From positions 7,936,001-8,000,000 of the forward strand of contig NC_045138.2 in assembly GCF_008831285.2 (NCBI RefSeq): a DNA stretch of 64,000 nucleotides, given 5' to 3'. The position numbers were made by a program, and so were the translations under genes. The notes under the pieces are model-generated. The model searched no databases. It was not told the origin of the DNA and saw only the letters and a program-made list of their open reading frames with translations. The stretch comes from Nymphaea colorata (Eukaryota). Below are positions 38,171-51,564 of this stretch, one piece after another (within the stretch, counting starts at the first letter, position 1; each line of letters begins with the position of its first letter).

Positions 38171-41100
38171 TGAAAAGTCATATCTTTTAGGAATTAGTAA
38201 TGATAATAAATATCTTGTAACTATCCAAAGAGACTCCTTATATATCTCCTCTATATAAAGGAATCTCTTTATCAAAAGAACACAAGTTGGAATGGAGAGA
38301 GTAGTGGATGTAGGTCTGTTGGCTGAACCATTTTAAAAATTTATGTCTTTCTTAATTATTTCTCCATTGTGATTTCTAGCATGGTATCAGAGCTGCTGCT
38401 CTTTGTTAGTGTTGCTATTAGATCCTAAGGATTACATATTGTGTTGTGGCTTTTCATTCTCATAACAAATTAAGAAGCATCATCAAATACAGAAGTCAAT
38501 TCGGATATGAGTATGAATTTTCTTGCTTCTCCTCTTCAATACCTAAGCAATTTACAACATTTCCTCACCATCAAGTTAAATGCTGAAAATTATCTTATTT
38601 GGGAATCCCAATTCTCATCAATTTAAATATCATTTGATCTTATAAGGTATATTGATGAAAACAAACCTGCTCCGTCATTATTTAGAAATGGAACAACTGA
38701 AATTAATCCAGAATATATTGAATGATTGAAAAAATATCAGTTACTTTTGAGTTGGATTAAGTTCTCTCTATCAGAAGCAATACATACCCAAATTATTGGT
38801 TTAAAAACTTCTGTAGAAGTTTGGGGGTGCTGTTAACCAGTCCCTATGCGGCACAATCGAGGGTTCAAATAATGCAGTTAAAATCATAATTTGAATATTT
38901 GAAAAAAGGCTCTCATTCTATAGATGTTTATATAAACAAAGTAAAAGCTATTGCTCATCAACTAGCCATTGCATCCAAACCTGTTGATGAAGATGATCTT
39001 GTTCTTCAAATTCTTAGAGGTTTGCCAAGTCAATATCTTGGCTTTAAAGTCAGCATGGAAACTCGAAAGGACCCTGCCTCTATGAATGAACTTCATGGGC
39101 TTCTTCTCATGACCCTGCCTCTATGAATGAACTTCATGGGCTTCTTCTCATACAAGAAGCCAACTTAAAAGAAGATGATTTTCAAGTTCTTGAATCTATT
39201 ATGCATACTACGAATATTGTCTCAAAATAGATTTACAACAAGCAAACCAACTATAAAGGTCGTGGTAGAAACAACTACCAATCTAGAGAAGGAGGATGGA
39301 AAAATGAGCAATACAAAGGTGATCGTCTTCGTCTTGTGTGCCAAATATGTGAAAAAGTTGGTCATATTGCAAAGTTTTGTTGGTCATATACTAATTTGCT
39401 TAAAGAAAAATAGACAATGTCGCCTCAAGCATATCACGTAGTTTCTTGTAACATTCTAAATCAAGACATTAGATATGACAATTGGTATCCTGACTCTGGT
39501 GTGACTCATCACAGCACCAACGATATCAACAACTTGTCTATTCATGCCAAATATAAAGGTGGAGATGCGTTAAAAATCAGAGATGGATAAGATTTGAGAA
39601 TTTTTCATACTGGTCCTTCAAAGACATTTCAAAACTTAGTTTTAAATGATCTCCTTTATATGCCCAAAATAACAAGAAACTTCTTATCCGCACAATGTTC
39701 TTCTAAGGATAATGAAGTTTATTTTGAGTTTCATTCTAATATGTGCTATGTGAAGCAATAGGAAACATGAAAAATTCGAACTAGCAGTGATGGGTTATAC
39801 AAGATGGACATAGGTAGCAGGACAAAGAAACCTCAGCTTGGAGAATGACAGACTGTTGGGCAGTGGTACAAAAGACTTGGTCACCCTTTATTTTCCATTG
39901 TTAAGAAGGTTTTGAATAAGTACGATTTGTTTGTTATGAAGATTTTTTGAATTATTTGTGTGAACCTTGTTAAAAAGCTAAGAACCATAAACTTCCATTC
40001 AACGCTATTTCAAATAAGGTGAAACGCCTGCTTGAACTCATTTATTCTGATGTACGGGGTCCAAGTCCGGTTTAGAGTGTGAATGGTTTCAAGTACTATG
40101 TGATTTTTATGGATATTTTTTCAAGCTATACTTGGATTTATTTGATGAAAAAAATATCAAATATTAGCTATATTTTCAAAGCTTTCAAGGTACTTTTTGA
40201 AAATCTCACTCGACACAAAATAAAATATTTTCATTCAGATTGGGGAGGAGAATTTCAAAGGCTTCAATCATATCTTGTCGTTAATGGGATTGAACATGAA
40301 ATATCACGTCCTTATACCCCTGAACAAAATGAAGCAGTTTAAAGGAGACATAAACATATTGTTGATCTCTAATGCCATAAGGTAATATTCTCAAGAACTT
40401 TTGGTCATTTGTTTTTTGTACTACAGTTTATTTGATTAACCGAATGTCAATCAAGATTTTTGATTTTTCTTCTCACTTGAAAAAATGTTCAAAGAGGCAC
40501 CTGATTATGGCTTCCTCAAAATCTTTGGATGTGAATGTTTTCTTTATGTAAGAGCTTATCAGAAAAACAAATTAGATTACCGATCTGAAAGATATGTTTT
40601 TTAAGGCCATGCTCATTAACATCAAAGGAATTATTGTATGGGTGCAAAAACCGATAAAATCTATATTTCGAAACATGTCCAATTTAATGAGAGGAAATTT
40701 CCTTTTATTGATACTCAAGAAACCATAATTTAAGATCTAAAAAGTCAAAACCAAGCTATCATTTTAATCTTCCCTCATAAATACCAGTTCTCAAACCCTA
40801 CAATACCATCATCCAATACCACCATAATGTCAAGGGAACCCTTACTTTAGTCTAAAACAATTAGTGAATCTCAACCTGAACCTCTTAGAAATGAGGAGCC
40901 TACCAATCTAATGAAAATAACCCAAATCAAGAACGAATCCATCCTATAACTACAAGATTTCAAGTAGGAACTTTCATACCTAATCCTAAATACAATGAGT
41001 TCCATTCATATTTTTCTAGTAAACACTTTCTTACAAACGCAATTGTCACCACTATTCTTGAAGCAAAAAAATCCTCAAATTTCAAGGAAGCATATGAAGA

Positions 41101-42395
41101 TGAAAATTAGAAGAAAGCCATGCAAGAAAGATATGATGCTCTCATTCGAAACAATACTTAGAAATTTGTTGCAAAGAAAGAAGCCAAACACATTGTAAGA
41201 TGTAAATGAGTGTTCAAAATCAAGCGAAAAGCAGATGGATCTTTGGAACGATGCAAAGTTAGATTCGTTGCCAAGGGGTATAATAAAAAAGAAGGAATTG
41301 ACTATACTGAAACTTTCAGCCCTGTTGTGAAGCCTACTACAATTCTAAGAGTATAGACTATTTCTATTAGTCAAAGTGAAAAATACATCAGTTGGATATT
41401 CAAAATACATTTCTATATGAATCTATTTCAGAAGAAGTTGATATGGTTCAACCACTTGGATTTCAAAATCATTCTTTCCTAAATCATGTATGCAAGCTTA
41501 AACGTATTTTATATGGTTTAAAACAGGCTCTTGTTTGCCCGTCTTAGCTTAGTCCTCCAAAATTTTGGTTTTAAAGGAGCTCAAACAAATTTATCTCTTT
41601 TTATTTTGAAAAAAGGAGGAATACTTGTATATGTTTTGGTATACGTAGATGACATGATCATAACAGGAAGCTCACCAAAATATATTCATAAAATTATTTG
41701 TCAATTCAAAAGTAAGTTTGCCATTAAAGATCTGGATGAACTTAATTTTTTTTTGGCATACAAGCAACAAGAATTGACAATAAACTAATATTGTTTCAAA
41801 GAGAATATACATTTGAGCTTCTCAAAAGAACAAGTATGCTTGGAGCTAAAGCAGTTTTAACTCCCATGGCGTACTTTCCTGCTTTATTTGCTCAAACTGG
41901 ATCAAATTTTCATGATCCAACTCTTGATGAAGTTCTTCAATACTCTACTATGACTCGCATAGACATCTCTTATGCTGTCAACAAAGTTTGTCAATGCATG
42001 TATTATCCTACTGACGCCCATTGGGATGCTATGAAAAGATTTCATTCCTCGTCAACTAAGGAGACTCTTAGAAAGATCACTTCTCGTCAATCAATAATAC
42101 TTTTGGAGAAAAGCAACCTTCGTCAATCAATAAGACTCTTAGAGTGAATCAATTCTCGTCAATCAAAGTGAATTACTTGGGAGATGAAAAGTCATGTCTC
42201 TTAAGAATTAGTAATGATAATAAATATCTTGTAACTACCCAAAGGGATGCGTTATGTATCTTCCCTATATAAAGGAATCTCTCTGCCAAAGGAACACTAG
42301 TTGAAAAGGAGAGAGTAGTTAATGTAGGTCTGTTGGCTGAACCACTTTAAAAATTCATGTTTTTTTTAGTTATTTCTTCATTTTGATTTCTAGCA
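38171..42395 (+). mobile_element. Degenerate Ty1/copia LTR retrotransposon with both LTRs
   Basis: LTRs 38171-38381 and 42185-42395 (211 bp each, TG...CA, about 27 substitutions and no indels by manual count). PBS TGGTATCAGAGC (tRNA-iMet) at 38382-38393. Domain order is copia-type: gag (TIKLNAENYLIW, CQIC-KVGHIAKFC knuckle), protease (WYPDSG), integrase (HSDWGGEF, PYTPEQN), RT ([17 protein letters not shown]). Many stops and frameshifts; RNase H appears deleted. Confidence 0.93.
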
Positions 42396-42705
42396 ATGGG
42401 TCCCACCTTCTGCACTTTTAATTTGTTCAACGAATTGACGAAAATCCTGATTGAAATTCTTTGCTTCTTTAGATTTATACATAGGTATAAAGACCGAAAC
42501 TCTCACCATGAATGTCAGATCTATGGTAATTTGAGATCCCATAGATTTAATATCAGACCACCTCCATTCAACCTTAAATCTATAGTTTTCAACATTTATC
42601 AGATTCAAAATCCAAATTGAGAATCTTCCAAGAACACATTGCAGCCAAACCAACCTTAAGAGTTACAAGAAATCTTGCCTGGAGGTCATGCCATTAATCT
42701 TGCAG

Positions 42706-43406
42706 GGGCATGACTGTGGAGAACTCGATGACCGACCAAAGCGTAAGGCTCGTTACTGACGACTATATCAACCACTTCTATGAAGATTCTCAAAGCGTAG
42801 TTTCAGATGCCGAGCTCCTGGCATGGTGGCCGGAGGTCTGGAACAAGGGCCACACAGACAAGAAGGACGAGCCATGGTAGCTGGCTTTGGACTCGATGGA
42901 GTGCCTGGTGCAGGTGATGACCACAATCATCTGGGTGGTCTCCGGCACCATGCCGCTGTCAACTTCAGCCAGTACCGTAGGCCGGATACTTATCCAACCG
43001 GCCGACGATCGCTTGGACCAACATTCCCATGGAGGATGACTTGGCAATGCACTTCAAGCTGTTCCTCAAGGAACCAGAGTCTGCGCTCCTCGGCTGCTTC
43101 CCATCGCAAATGCAGGCGACACTAGTGATGGCGATACTTGACGTGCCGTCAACGCACTCGATCGACAAAGAGTACTTGGGGGAGTAGGCCCAGCCGGTGT
43201 GGCAGTCTGATCCGGTGGTCATGGCGGCGTTTAAGAGGTTCAATGGGAACCTGAAGCAGATCGAGGGCATCATAGAACAGGGGAACACGAACAGGGAGCT
43301 CAGTAACAGATCGGAAGAAGGGATCTTGAAATATTATGAGCTCCTTAAGCCCTTCTCTCAACCAGGTGTTACAGGGAAGGGAATCCCAACTTGCATTTCC
43401 ATATGA
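42706..43406 (+). pseudogene. LOX pseudogene: degenerate copy of the last exon, with flanking intron 8 and 3' region homology spanning about 42396-44875
   Basis: Collinear with 35777-36536 (same ccattaatcttgcag|gggc acceptor; ends PTCISI-TGA). Carries a 60-nt deletion between cgacta microhomologies, premature TAG codons (tggtag ~42878, gagtag ~43185) and frameshifts. Exons 1-8 are absent. Confidence 0.93.
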
Positions 43407-44225
43407 AGTGGAAACCAGAGTGAACATGATCGATGTAGAAGTAAAGACTTTATCTAAGTTGTTCGATCATGGCACTTTAGATGAGCTTAAGGGATAGAAC
43501 TTTTGAAACTTAGCTGTTGATCTTTATCAAAATATAAATAAAGAAATGGATTATAATATGAATGAATGCCATTAACTTCCCGTCTCGTGTTTGTTGATGT
43601 GATTGCCTTTAATGAATAATAAACTTAAGGAAAATAGATTAATTCACATTAAAAATGGTAAGAAGAAGAAAATAGCCCTTAGAAGGAGAAAAAAGTCCAC
43701 TCTCAAAGGGTCCGATCTTTTTTTCTTGAAAATCTTTTATTACCGTATGCATAACTAGTTATTTATAGAAGAAAAAAAAAGTATACTTTACTATATCAAA
43801 TGAGACCATTTAATCATGTGAACAGATCGATCCCTTGTTGATCAGTTCATGTTTTTTTGTGGTCGTAACATTTTTGTTTAGCAATTCCAGTCGATAATTG
43901 GAAAGCTAGTCGCAACATTATAAGGGTCAAGTGAATTGAGAACTACCAGCGAAACATTAAACTTTAATGCCAAGATCATATTGTTTGATAACATTGTCAA
44001 CTACCCATTAATTTAAAACATGTTAAGCAGAAATTCAACATGAATTATCCACAAAAATGCTATCAACCAATAATTGATAAGTTGGTTGACCACATGTTTC
44101 ACAAGATAAATTCTACCTACCGTGGATAAAAGTTTACCCTTTCCAATTTACTACTTTTTTCTCTACTTTTGCATCCAAGTCCGCACAGTGAATGCACCTA
44201 ATCTTGCCTCTTTGGATGGACCAAA

Positions 44226-44651
44226 TAGGGATGTCAATATATCCGATTTGAATCGGATATCCGACCGATTTGATCCGAAAAAATCAGATATGGATAAAAA
44301 TTTAATATCCGATTAAGAAATCGGATCAGATTCAGATTTAATAAATGACATCCGATCGGATTCGGATTCGGATTCGGATTCAGATATACATGAATATCGG
44401 ATCGGATTCGGATACGGATTCGGATCAGATTCATTTTTAGACAAATATCCTCTATCTAATACTTGAAAAATGGCAAAATCCGATTCAAAACTCGGATTCG
44501 GATTGTAAAATCGGATTTCGGATTCAGATTCGGATATGACTTTGCTTTATTCGAATTCAAATCTGAATCCGAATCTGAATATATGAATATCCAAAAAAAT
44601 GGATATGATTAAAGATGTATTCGATCCGAATCCGATCCGTTGACATCCCTA
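44226..44651. mobile_element. hAT-type MITE (TAGGGATGTCAA family) inserted in the duplicated LOX 3' flank
   Basis: Perfect 12-bp TIR TAGGGATGTCAA/TTGACATCCCTA; TSD ggaccaaa/tgaccaaa; (TCGGAT)n interior. The homologous site near 37270 is empty. Confidence 0.9.
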
Positions 44652-46414
44652 TGACCAAAGTAAAGTAAAAGGAAGTTACGCTTGGTTCCAGCGCAACAAG
44701 TTGATTAAACTTACAGATAAATCGTTGTTGCCCACATGGAAGGCAACGGCCGCAGATTTATTAGCATTAACATGCAGACCTGTTTTTTTTGCCCGAACTC
44801 CTATAAGATGCATCTGATGTTATAAACTGAATCATGGTTCGCTTTTAGTAATTAACTCATGTCATCCGAGTAACAAAGCCCCGAGATAAAATTTTAATCC
44901 CAATTACTTTGGGTAAAGTAAAATTCTAATTGTTCGTGCGCCCTCATAAAACGCAAAAAGGTGTCCTTTGTCGTTCCCACCCTACCCAGTAACCCATGGA
45001 ACAACTCATAATCGTGCGCTTGCAACTCCCCTGATCGCAGATGCTGCTTTTCATCCCTCTCTCGGTTGCTTTCATCTTCACCTCCTCTCTCTCTCTCGGA
45101 GTGGGGAGGTGCTGTTGCCATGGGCCATTGACTCCTGATGGCCGCATTGACCCCATTGTCGTTTGCCTTGTTGCCCTGCTTCGGTGAAACCTGAGTGTAT
45201 TGTTGCACCATCGGTTGCTTACTTCATCCTCTTTGTTTTTCCTTTGCCACCTTGTCAACATTGTTGCTTAGTTGCTTGCCTGTCTGTTTTTCCAGGTTTC
45301 AACTTCCCTGCCTCATAAGGCCCACGGCATGTACAGAGTCGCTGTCTGGTATCTTCCAAAGCAATAATGGTGTTTATCGGCGCTTCACTGGTATTGAATG
45401 GTGTTGAAGATAACATTTTTTTTATGGATATCACAAGTATTAGTTCAAGCTCAAATAACAACCTTTTTTAGTTAATTTATCCATGATGCTTATATCTATA
45501 GTATCCATATTCTTTTTCTTCTTTTTTTGAACGAAATGTCCAAAAATTTCTTTCCCTGTAATTCTGCCTGATGCATTTCTTGATGTGCTTGTGCTCTTAT
45601 ATTGAGGATGCTCGCTAATTGTTTGAGGGAATGCCCAAGAGAGACTCAAAGGTGGGAGGCTTAAAACTTTGAACCATGTGCGTTAACCATTTATTTATCT
45701 GTATATCAAACACATGTGGTTCTCACTAATTGATCTCCTTTGCTTTTTCAATTATGTGCGCCTGTTTTTCCAACAAAACATTATAGTTACCTACTATTTT
45801 ATGTAAGGATCTTAATCCTAAAAGGAGATGGGAGAGGAAGGTCAACTTTTGAGTTGTTTAGTTGGTTGAAAGTTGTAAAATAGTGCAAGTCTACTTCTAA
45901 CTTCTGTCAATTTTATATACACTTTAACTGATTGACATCGATTGTATACTATATACATATCCATATACACACACACACACACACTTTGTTAGTTGCTTTA
46001 TTTCATTGTATGTTGATGTTAAGACATTTGTGTGTATATAGAAAGGGAAAGAAAGTACTTTAATGGGTTTGTATATTTTTTTACATATTTTATTAGGTGT
46101 TTTCTTTTATTGGATGTGGAATTTAAGTTATTTATGTATAGAGAGAGAAAGAAAGAAAATATTTTTATTGGCTCATATGTTCTTCACCTGTTCATTAGTT
46201 AAGTGTTTCATTTTATTTCAAGTGGATTTAGGTCGTTTTATTTATAGAGAGAGAGAAAGAGAGAAAAAAACGAGAGAAAATATTTTTATTTGTCTGTATG
46301 TTTAATATGTTTTTCAAAATATTTCCCTTTGTCGTATGTGAATTTTTTCATTGAGAGAAAAAAGGATCATTTTTTAAATTCATATATTTTTCATTTGTTT
46401 TATCATGTGTTTTA

Positions 46415-46454
<40 letters not shown>

Positions 46455-46785
46455 CATACATTTATTTAAACAAACAACAGTCTTTATTTGACCAAACGGC
46501 AAACAGGACAAGTTGAAAATTTTGTTCTTATAAACAAATGCTGGATAAAATTACAGTTTGTTCATATGAACAAGGACTCTTTGTTCTTATGACACTTGTT
46601 ATAAGGACAAGTGTCCTGAAAAGCAATTGTCATTGCAACCAAACGTTATCTAAGGAACTTATTTGAATTGCATTTGTGCACAACTCTCTCTTTTCTCTCT
46701 AAATCAGTGACAAAGTTGCTGCAACAGTACTGCTTGGTAGAAAAAAACAAAGTTAAATTCAAACTGCACTGATGATCGTGCTAGA

Positions 46786-49700
46786 TCAGAAAACTGCAAT
46801 GAAAGGCATTAAAACAGAACCCATCCAAAGCTTCCCATCCTTCTCCTCCACTTCACTTACAGCTTTCACAACCTTCCCCTGCTTGTCCTCCAAGACCTCC
46901 ATTATCTCGCCATTTGCATTGTATTTCGCCACAATGCCATGAGGTCGACCACCCACATACAACATATAGTGATACTTTAATGGGATTGGAAGCCTGAGAA
47001 TGAACGTCCGCAGCTGAGGATGAAGACCAAGCACATAAGCATAGAGGCTAACACGGCAGTGAAGTCCTACCCAGAATTCCCCATTTGCATTAGTTCTTAC
47101 GTTGTCGGGAATTCCTGGGGTGATGGCAAAAACGTCAGTTGTTCCAGCTTTGTCGCCCTTTAACCAGTATCTGTTCAATCTGCAGACAAGAACCCAGTAG
47201 GAAAGATAGATCACTGTGTAGAATGGGAAACGTTATGCTCTCTAGTCTATATGTTCCCATGTAAGCAACATCATATGGTAAACAAAATTTCAACATTTCT
47301 GAGAAAAGGATCCATGTAAACATCATCATTCCGAGGATCTCCATCGTGGTAATTTCACTAGTACTCCAGTTCATCGAGGTCAGATGCCAAAGCAGGTATT
47401 TAGATCGTAACTGATCAAAACTACTTATTTTTACTTGATTTAACTTGTTTTTACCTCGGTTTTTATTCTGTTTCTGAAAATGATTGGTCCTTAACATGTA
47501 CTGTGTTTATTTATGCTACTTGTTTATTCAAATGTTTACCTACATTTTTTAAATTTGCCGTAGCCATTATATTTCTGGATGTGAAGACTTTAAGAGCTTG
47601 TTTTCGTCCTTTGCATTTGCTTTCAAAAAAGTTCTATGAAGATATCAAGATATGTGTCAGAGATTATGCCATATGGGTGTAGGTGCTGGTGTGGGTGCGA
47701 CAATTTTTCAAAAAAATTAGGTGCGGGTGCATATATATATAAAATTTGTTAAATATTTATTTAACTATTTAGTAGCCTTATTTATCTATATTTACATCTT
47801 TTTCATATTGGAGCTAGTTTATTCAGATGTGCATTTAAAATGGTCAGTTTTAGCTTGATTTTGCTGACTGCATCGACATATTGTATCAGAGAAGCACGAG
47901 CACAAACATTGACACAGGTGCAGCAGCCGTTTAGGAGCACCCATTTGACATAGGTTAGAGACTTAGACTTTGAACAGCCAAAGGATGCTGGCTAAAACCA
48001 GCATAAGAAACGACAGATAAGAGAGCAGTAAATAACTATCGTACATAGTAACCACACTATCATTCATCAAATGCTAATGTCGGTACCTGCCAATTGTACA
48101 TTCACTGAAGACGACGAAAGATTTGTCCTTGCTCAAGGACACTCCATTGGGGAATGCAAGGTTGCGAACCAGAACTGTTGTTTCCATTTTAGCAGGATCG
48201 TACTTAAACAGCCTCCCTGAGTGTTCACCAGAAAAGACCAGTTGCATAAAATTCCTACAGAACATTTAAAGTATGCAATATTTAGTTACATCTCCATCTC
48301 CAAAGGAGTTTAGTACGATAATGACCGAGAACTTGAAAGTAGACAGATGCTATCTGGGAATTATATGAAGGAAAAGACAAGACGATCAAGTTTCCACAAG
48401 GACAAAAAGAGAGAGAAATTTTGGGAAGACCAAGGTCCATGGGAGCAGACATCAAAGCAATCATCCATTCAACAAACACCAATATTAGGTTTTGGTTTCC
48501 CCAGCAAAGGCTAATGATAGTCATCCAGGCATGGGGATCGAAATTTTAGCTATTTGAAATATGTGACATGATGCATAGAGTTATGCATTTCCATGGCGAA
48601 ATAATAACAACTATTGAACTGAAAAAAATATGCATATATAGTCTGAAAATCGGTTCCAACATTGCACAAAAATGTGTATACTCTTTGTGGAAGCAGTTGA
48701 AGACTTGCGCAAAATAAGATCATAGAAACAAGAAGAACGTAGTGAACAAAGCAAATTTATCCTTCAGTAAGCAAGTTGTGACAAAAATGTAAAGTCTAAC
48801 GTTCTCGGATAAATGTGATGCTGATTAGGTCAATCAAACATCCGAAAGCCATGTCAAAAGATCATGGAACTGTCTCCTGCATAAACAAGAAGACACTTGT
48901 CTAGTCAAAACCGCTACGCAAGCCTGGGTGGCAGATCTCATAAGAAGGCCAAGGCAGGAGTTGGACATTCCAAATAGATAAGGAAATGAAAAAGAAGAAA
49001 GAGGAGCCAACTGGATGTCTTGAAAAAGCTACACCTCAAATGATACATTAAAAGATTACAAAAAAGAGTTAAAAACTGAAACAAAAAATGTTTTCCTTTC
49101 TAGACTGCCAAAATGCTTCAGCTAGGTGTCTAGGCTACTGCTCAGCGCATAGGCACACTTTTAACTAAAAGGATATTTACTGAAGGTCATTTGCTTGTTT
49201 CCTTTCATCACTAGGAGCTTTCATTCTTTTAAAAAATCTGCCTTGCAGCTTATGTTGATATTTTGTGGACACACAATGGCAAATTTCTGGCTTTTATGTA
49301 CACATTGCAATACTATATTCCAAAATCACAGAGATAAGTAAATAATTCACCTTCTGACAAATGATATATTAGCCCAGTTATTCCCTAGTTTGAGAATGTC
49401 TTGCTTTCTTGTGATAATAATGAAGGCCACTAAAATTATCGGTTTCAGTGAAGCTGACTTGGAAAATTAAACAAGAGACATAGCATTGGAAAGTTAAATA
49501 AGAGATGCAGCACAAAATTCCATGTGTCCCCCTAAGGGTAGTAAAAAAAAGTTGCAAGTTGCATGGCAAGGCAAAAATCGAGAAACATAATTAGTTTCCG
49601 GAGCAACTAGACTTGAAAATTTGCTAGATTCTTCACACCAACAACTGTCATAAATAAAAAATCTGATAACTAAGAAAAGCTAAGAGGTTCCCCATCCCAG

Positions 49701-51564
49701 AAAGTAAAGTCAATTGAAATCAGAGCTTCAGTTCCTTGAAAGAGAAGGAAAATACAAAGATCAAGAAGAAAATACAGGACTACTAGGTTACATATCAACA
49801 TAATACCCTGACTGCTTTCTCAATTTATACATGGTTAAATACTTGGAATGTAGATGCTGTGTTCTGTGTCTTTTGGTACTTGACAAGTACACTTCCTTTG
49901 TTCATACACTTATGAGAATTTCTGTGTGAAAATAATACCAATAATAATGACACTTCTAAAACGTTTGGGAGAATAGAAGAAGCATTAAGAAGGTCAGATT
50001 TTCTTCCGGAATGATTTTAAAAGATGTTCGGCAGATTTTTAGCTGCAATCTTGTATAAATCAAGAGGTAAATTGAATACATGACCACTTTGACAATGAAT
50101 GCACAGAACTCATCAACAACCTTCTTTCGATGGAAAGAAAGCATGGCAATTCAAAATACATAGGCCAAAACCTGCAATTATGGAGAGATTATAGTCCAAA
50201 ACACGCAAAAGTGAAATCAATACAACGTAAGATCCTTTCCAAGCAATTAATTCCATAATCAACATTGTGAGAAAAGGATTACAATCTTAGCAAAATAGGA
50301 GCTCTTTTCTAACAATACATAACCAATTCGTAGCTGCAACCTACAAACAAAAAAAATAAACTGAATAAACTTTTTCAGGATTAGGTTCAATTACTTTGAC
50401 ATTATAAGTGTACTTTCACTCGTCCTCATACAAATGTTTGGAAAAAACGAAAGCAAAGGAATGGTGCTAACTGCTAACGCATACTCTGTCCACTGTGGTT
50501 TCCATAATTTTCACAAGAACCAAAGGAAGAAGAACATCAAGTTTTTCCATCGCCAAGTCAACAAATGAGAACGCATATCTCAAAAAATATAACGATCATG
50601 GTTTCTGACGCTCACCGATAATCCAACTATCAAGATTGCAGATTTTCAAACTAATACTGAGCTGAGAATATTAAAAAGAGATTATCAATAAGAAAATAAC
50701 AAACCACAATACCTTCTCTGAAAGACACTGCTACTGTCTGTGAAATAAACTGCGCCATCATCATCGATATCAAGATCATTCGTGAACATTAATGGCACAC
50801 CCTCGACTTCCTTCACCAGAGGCTTTGCCAATCCGCCTTCCGGTCCAACTTTCATCAAGCCAAAATACGCATCTGCTATGTACAAGTCCCCTGTTTTCTT
50901 ATCAAAACGGAGACCCAGTGGCCTCCCGCAGATGTGCTCGTTCTTCGTGTAAGCCAAAGGCGATGGTTTTGGCCCGCATAACTCAGACCTATCCAGTGAC
51001 CAACCCAAAAAATAAGATAAAGAGAAAACTCAAATGAAAATGGATCAAGAAGCAGAGCCAGATGGGGATCAAGCAAAACAGGACAATTCGATGAAAAGGA
51101 AAATGCAGCACATGGGTGGCTGGAAAAGTGAAGAAACTGAAGACATTTGAGGTTAGGATGACAAAATGGCAGATGGGCAGCCATGAAAAGCGAGAACCAA
51201 ACGAGAGAGAGCTCGAAATGAAAAAAGAAAAGCACCTGTTAGAGGACGTATAAGCGAAATCGGACCAGGATTCGCCGTTCCAGAAGAGGACGCGACCGTC
51301 GGCGACGCCCGTATACGGCCCCCGGCCGAGCGGGTCGAAGGCGACACTCTCCGGGCCCTGGACTTGGTTGAGGAACCTGACCTCGGCCCTCTGGAGCTTG
51401 TTCTCGGGGTCGTGGGCGGAGGTAAGCTGCGACCAAGGAGCGAAGTCGACCCTGTAGGCCTTGAAGTCGGGAAATCCCCGGAGGGGACTTAGCTGGTAAG
51501 GGTCGAGGCCGCAATAGAGGGCAAAAAGGAGGAAGAGCCCGGCAAGGATCCCCGCCGCTGACAT
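46786..51564 (-). CDS. Strictosidine synthase-like (SSL) six-bladed beta-propeller protein; 4 exons, 388 aa
   Basis: Exons 51564-51236, 50988-50713, 48254-48087, 47179-46786 with GT-AG boundaries; 1167 nt in frame. N-terminal signal/anchor MSAAGILAGLFLLFALYC. Motifs QGPESVAFDPLGRGPYTGVADGR, EHICGRPLGLRF, LYIADAYFGL, FTNDLD, YFTDSS, FPNGVSLSKD, GIPDNVR, GKLWMGSV. Resembles Arabidopsis SSL3-type proteins. Confidence 0.93.

Noticed and set aside
27316..51564. LOX plus SSL as a biosynthetic gene cluster (jasmonate/alkaloid)
   Set aside because: Only two convergent genes; the SSL looks hydrolase-type; no shared pathway or co-expression evidence in the sequence.
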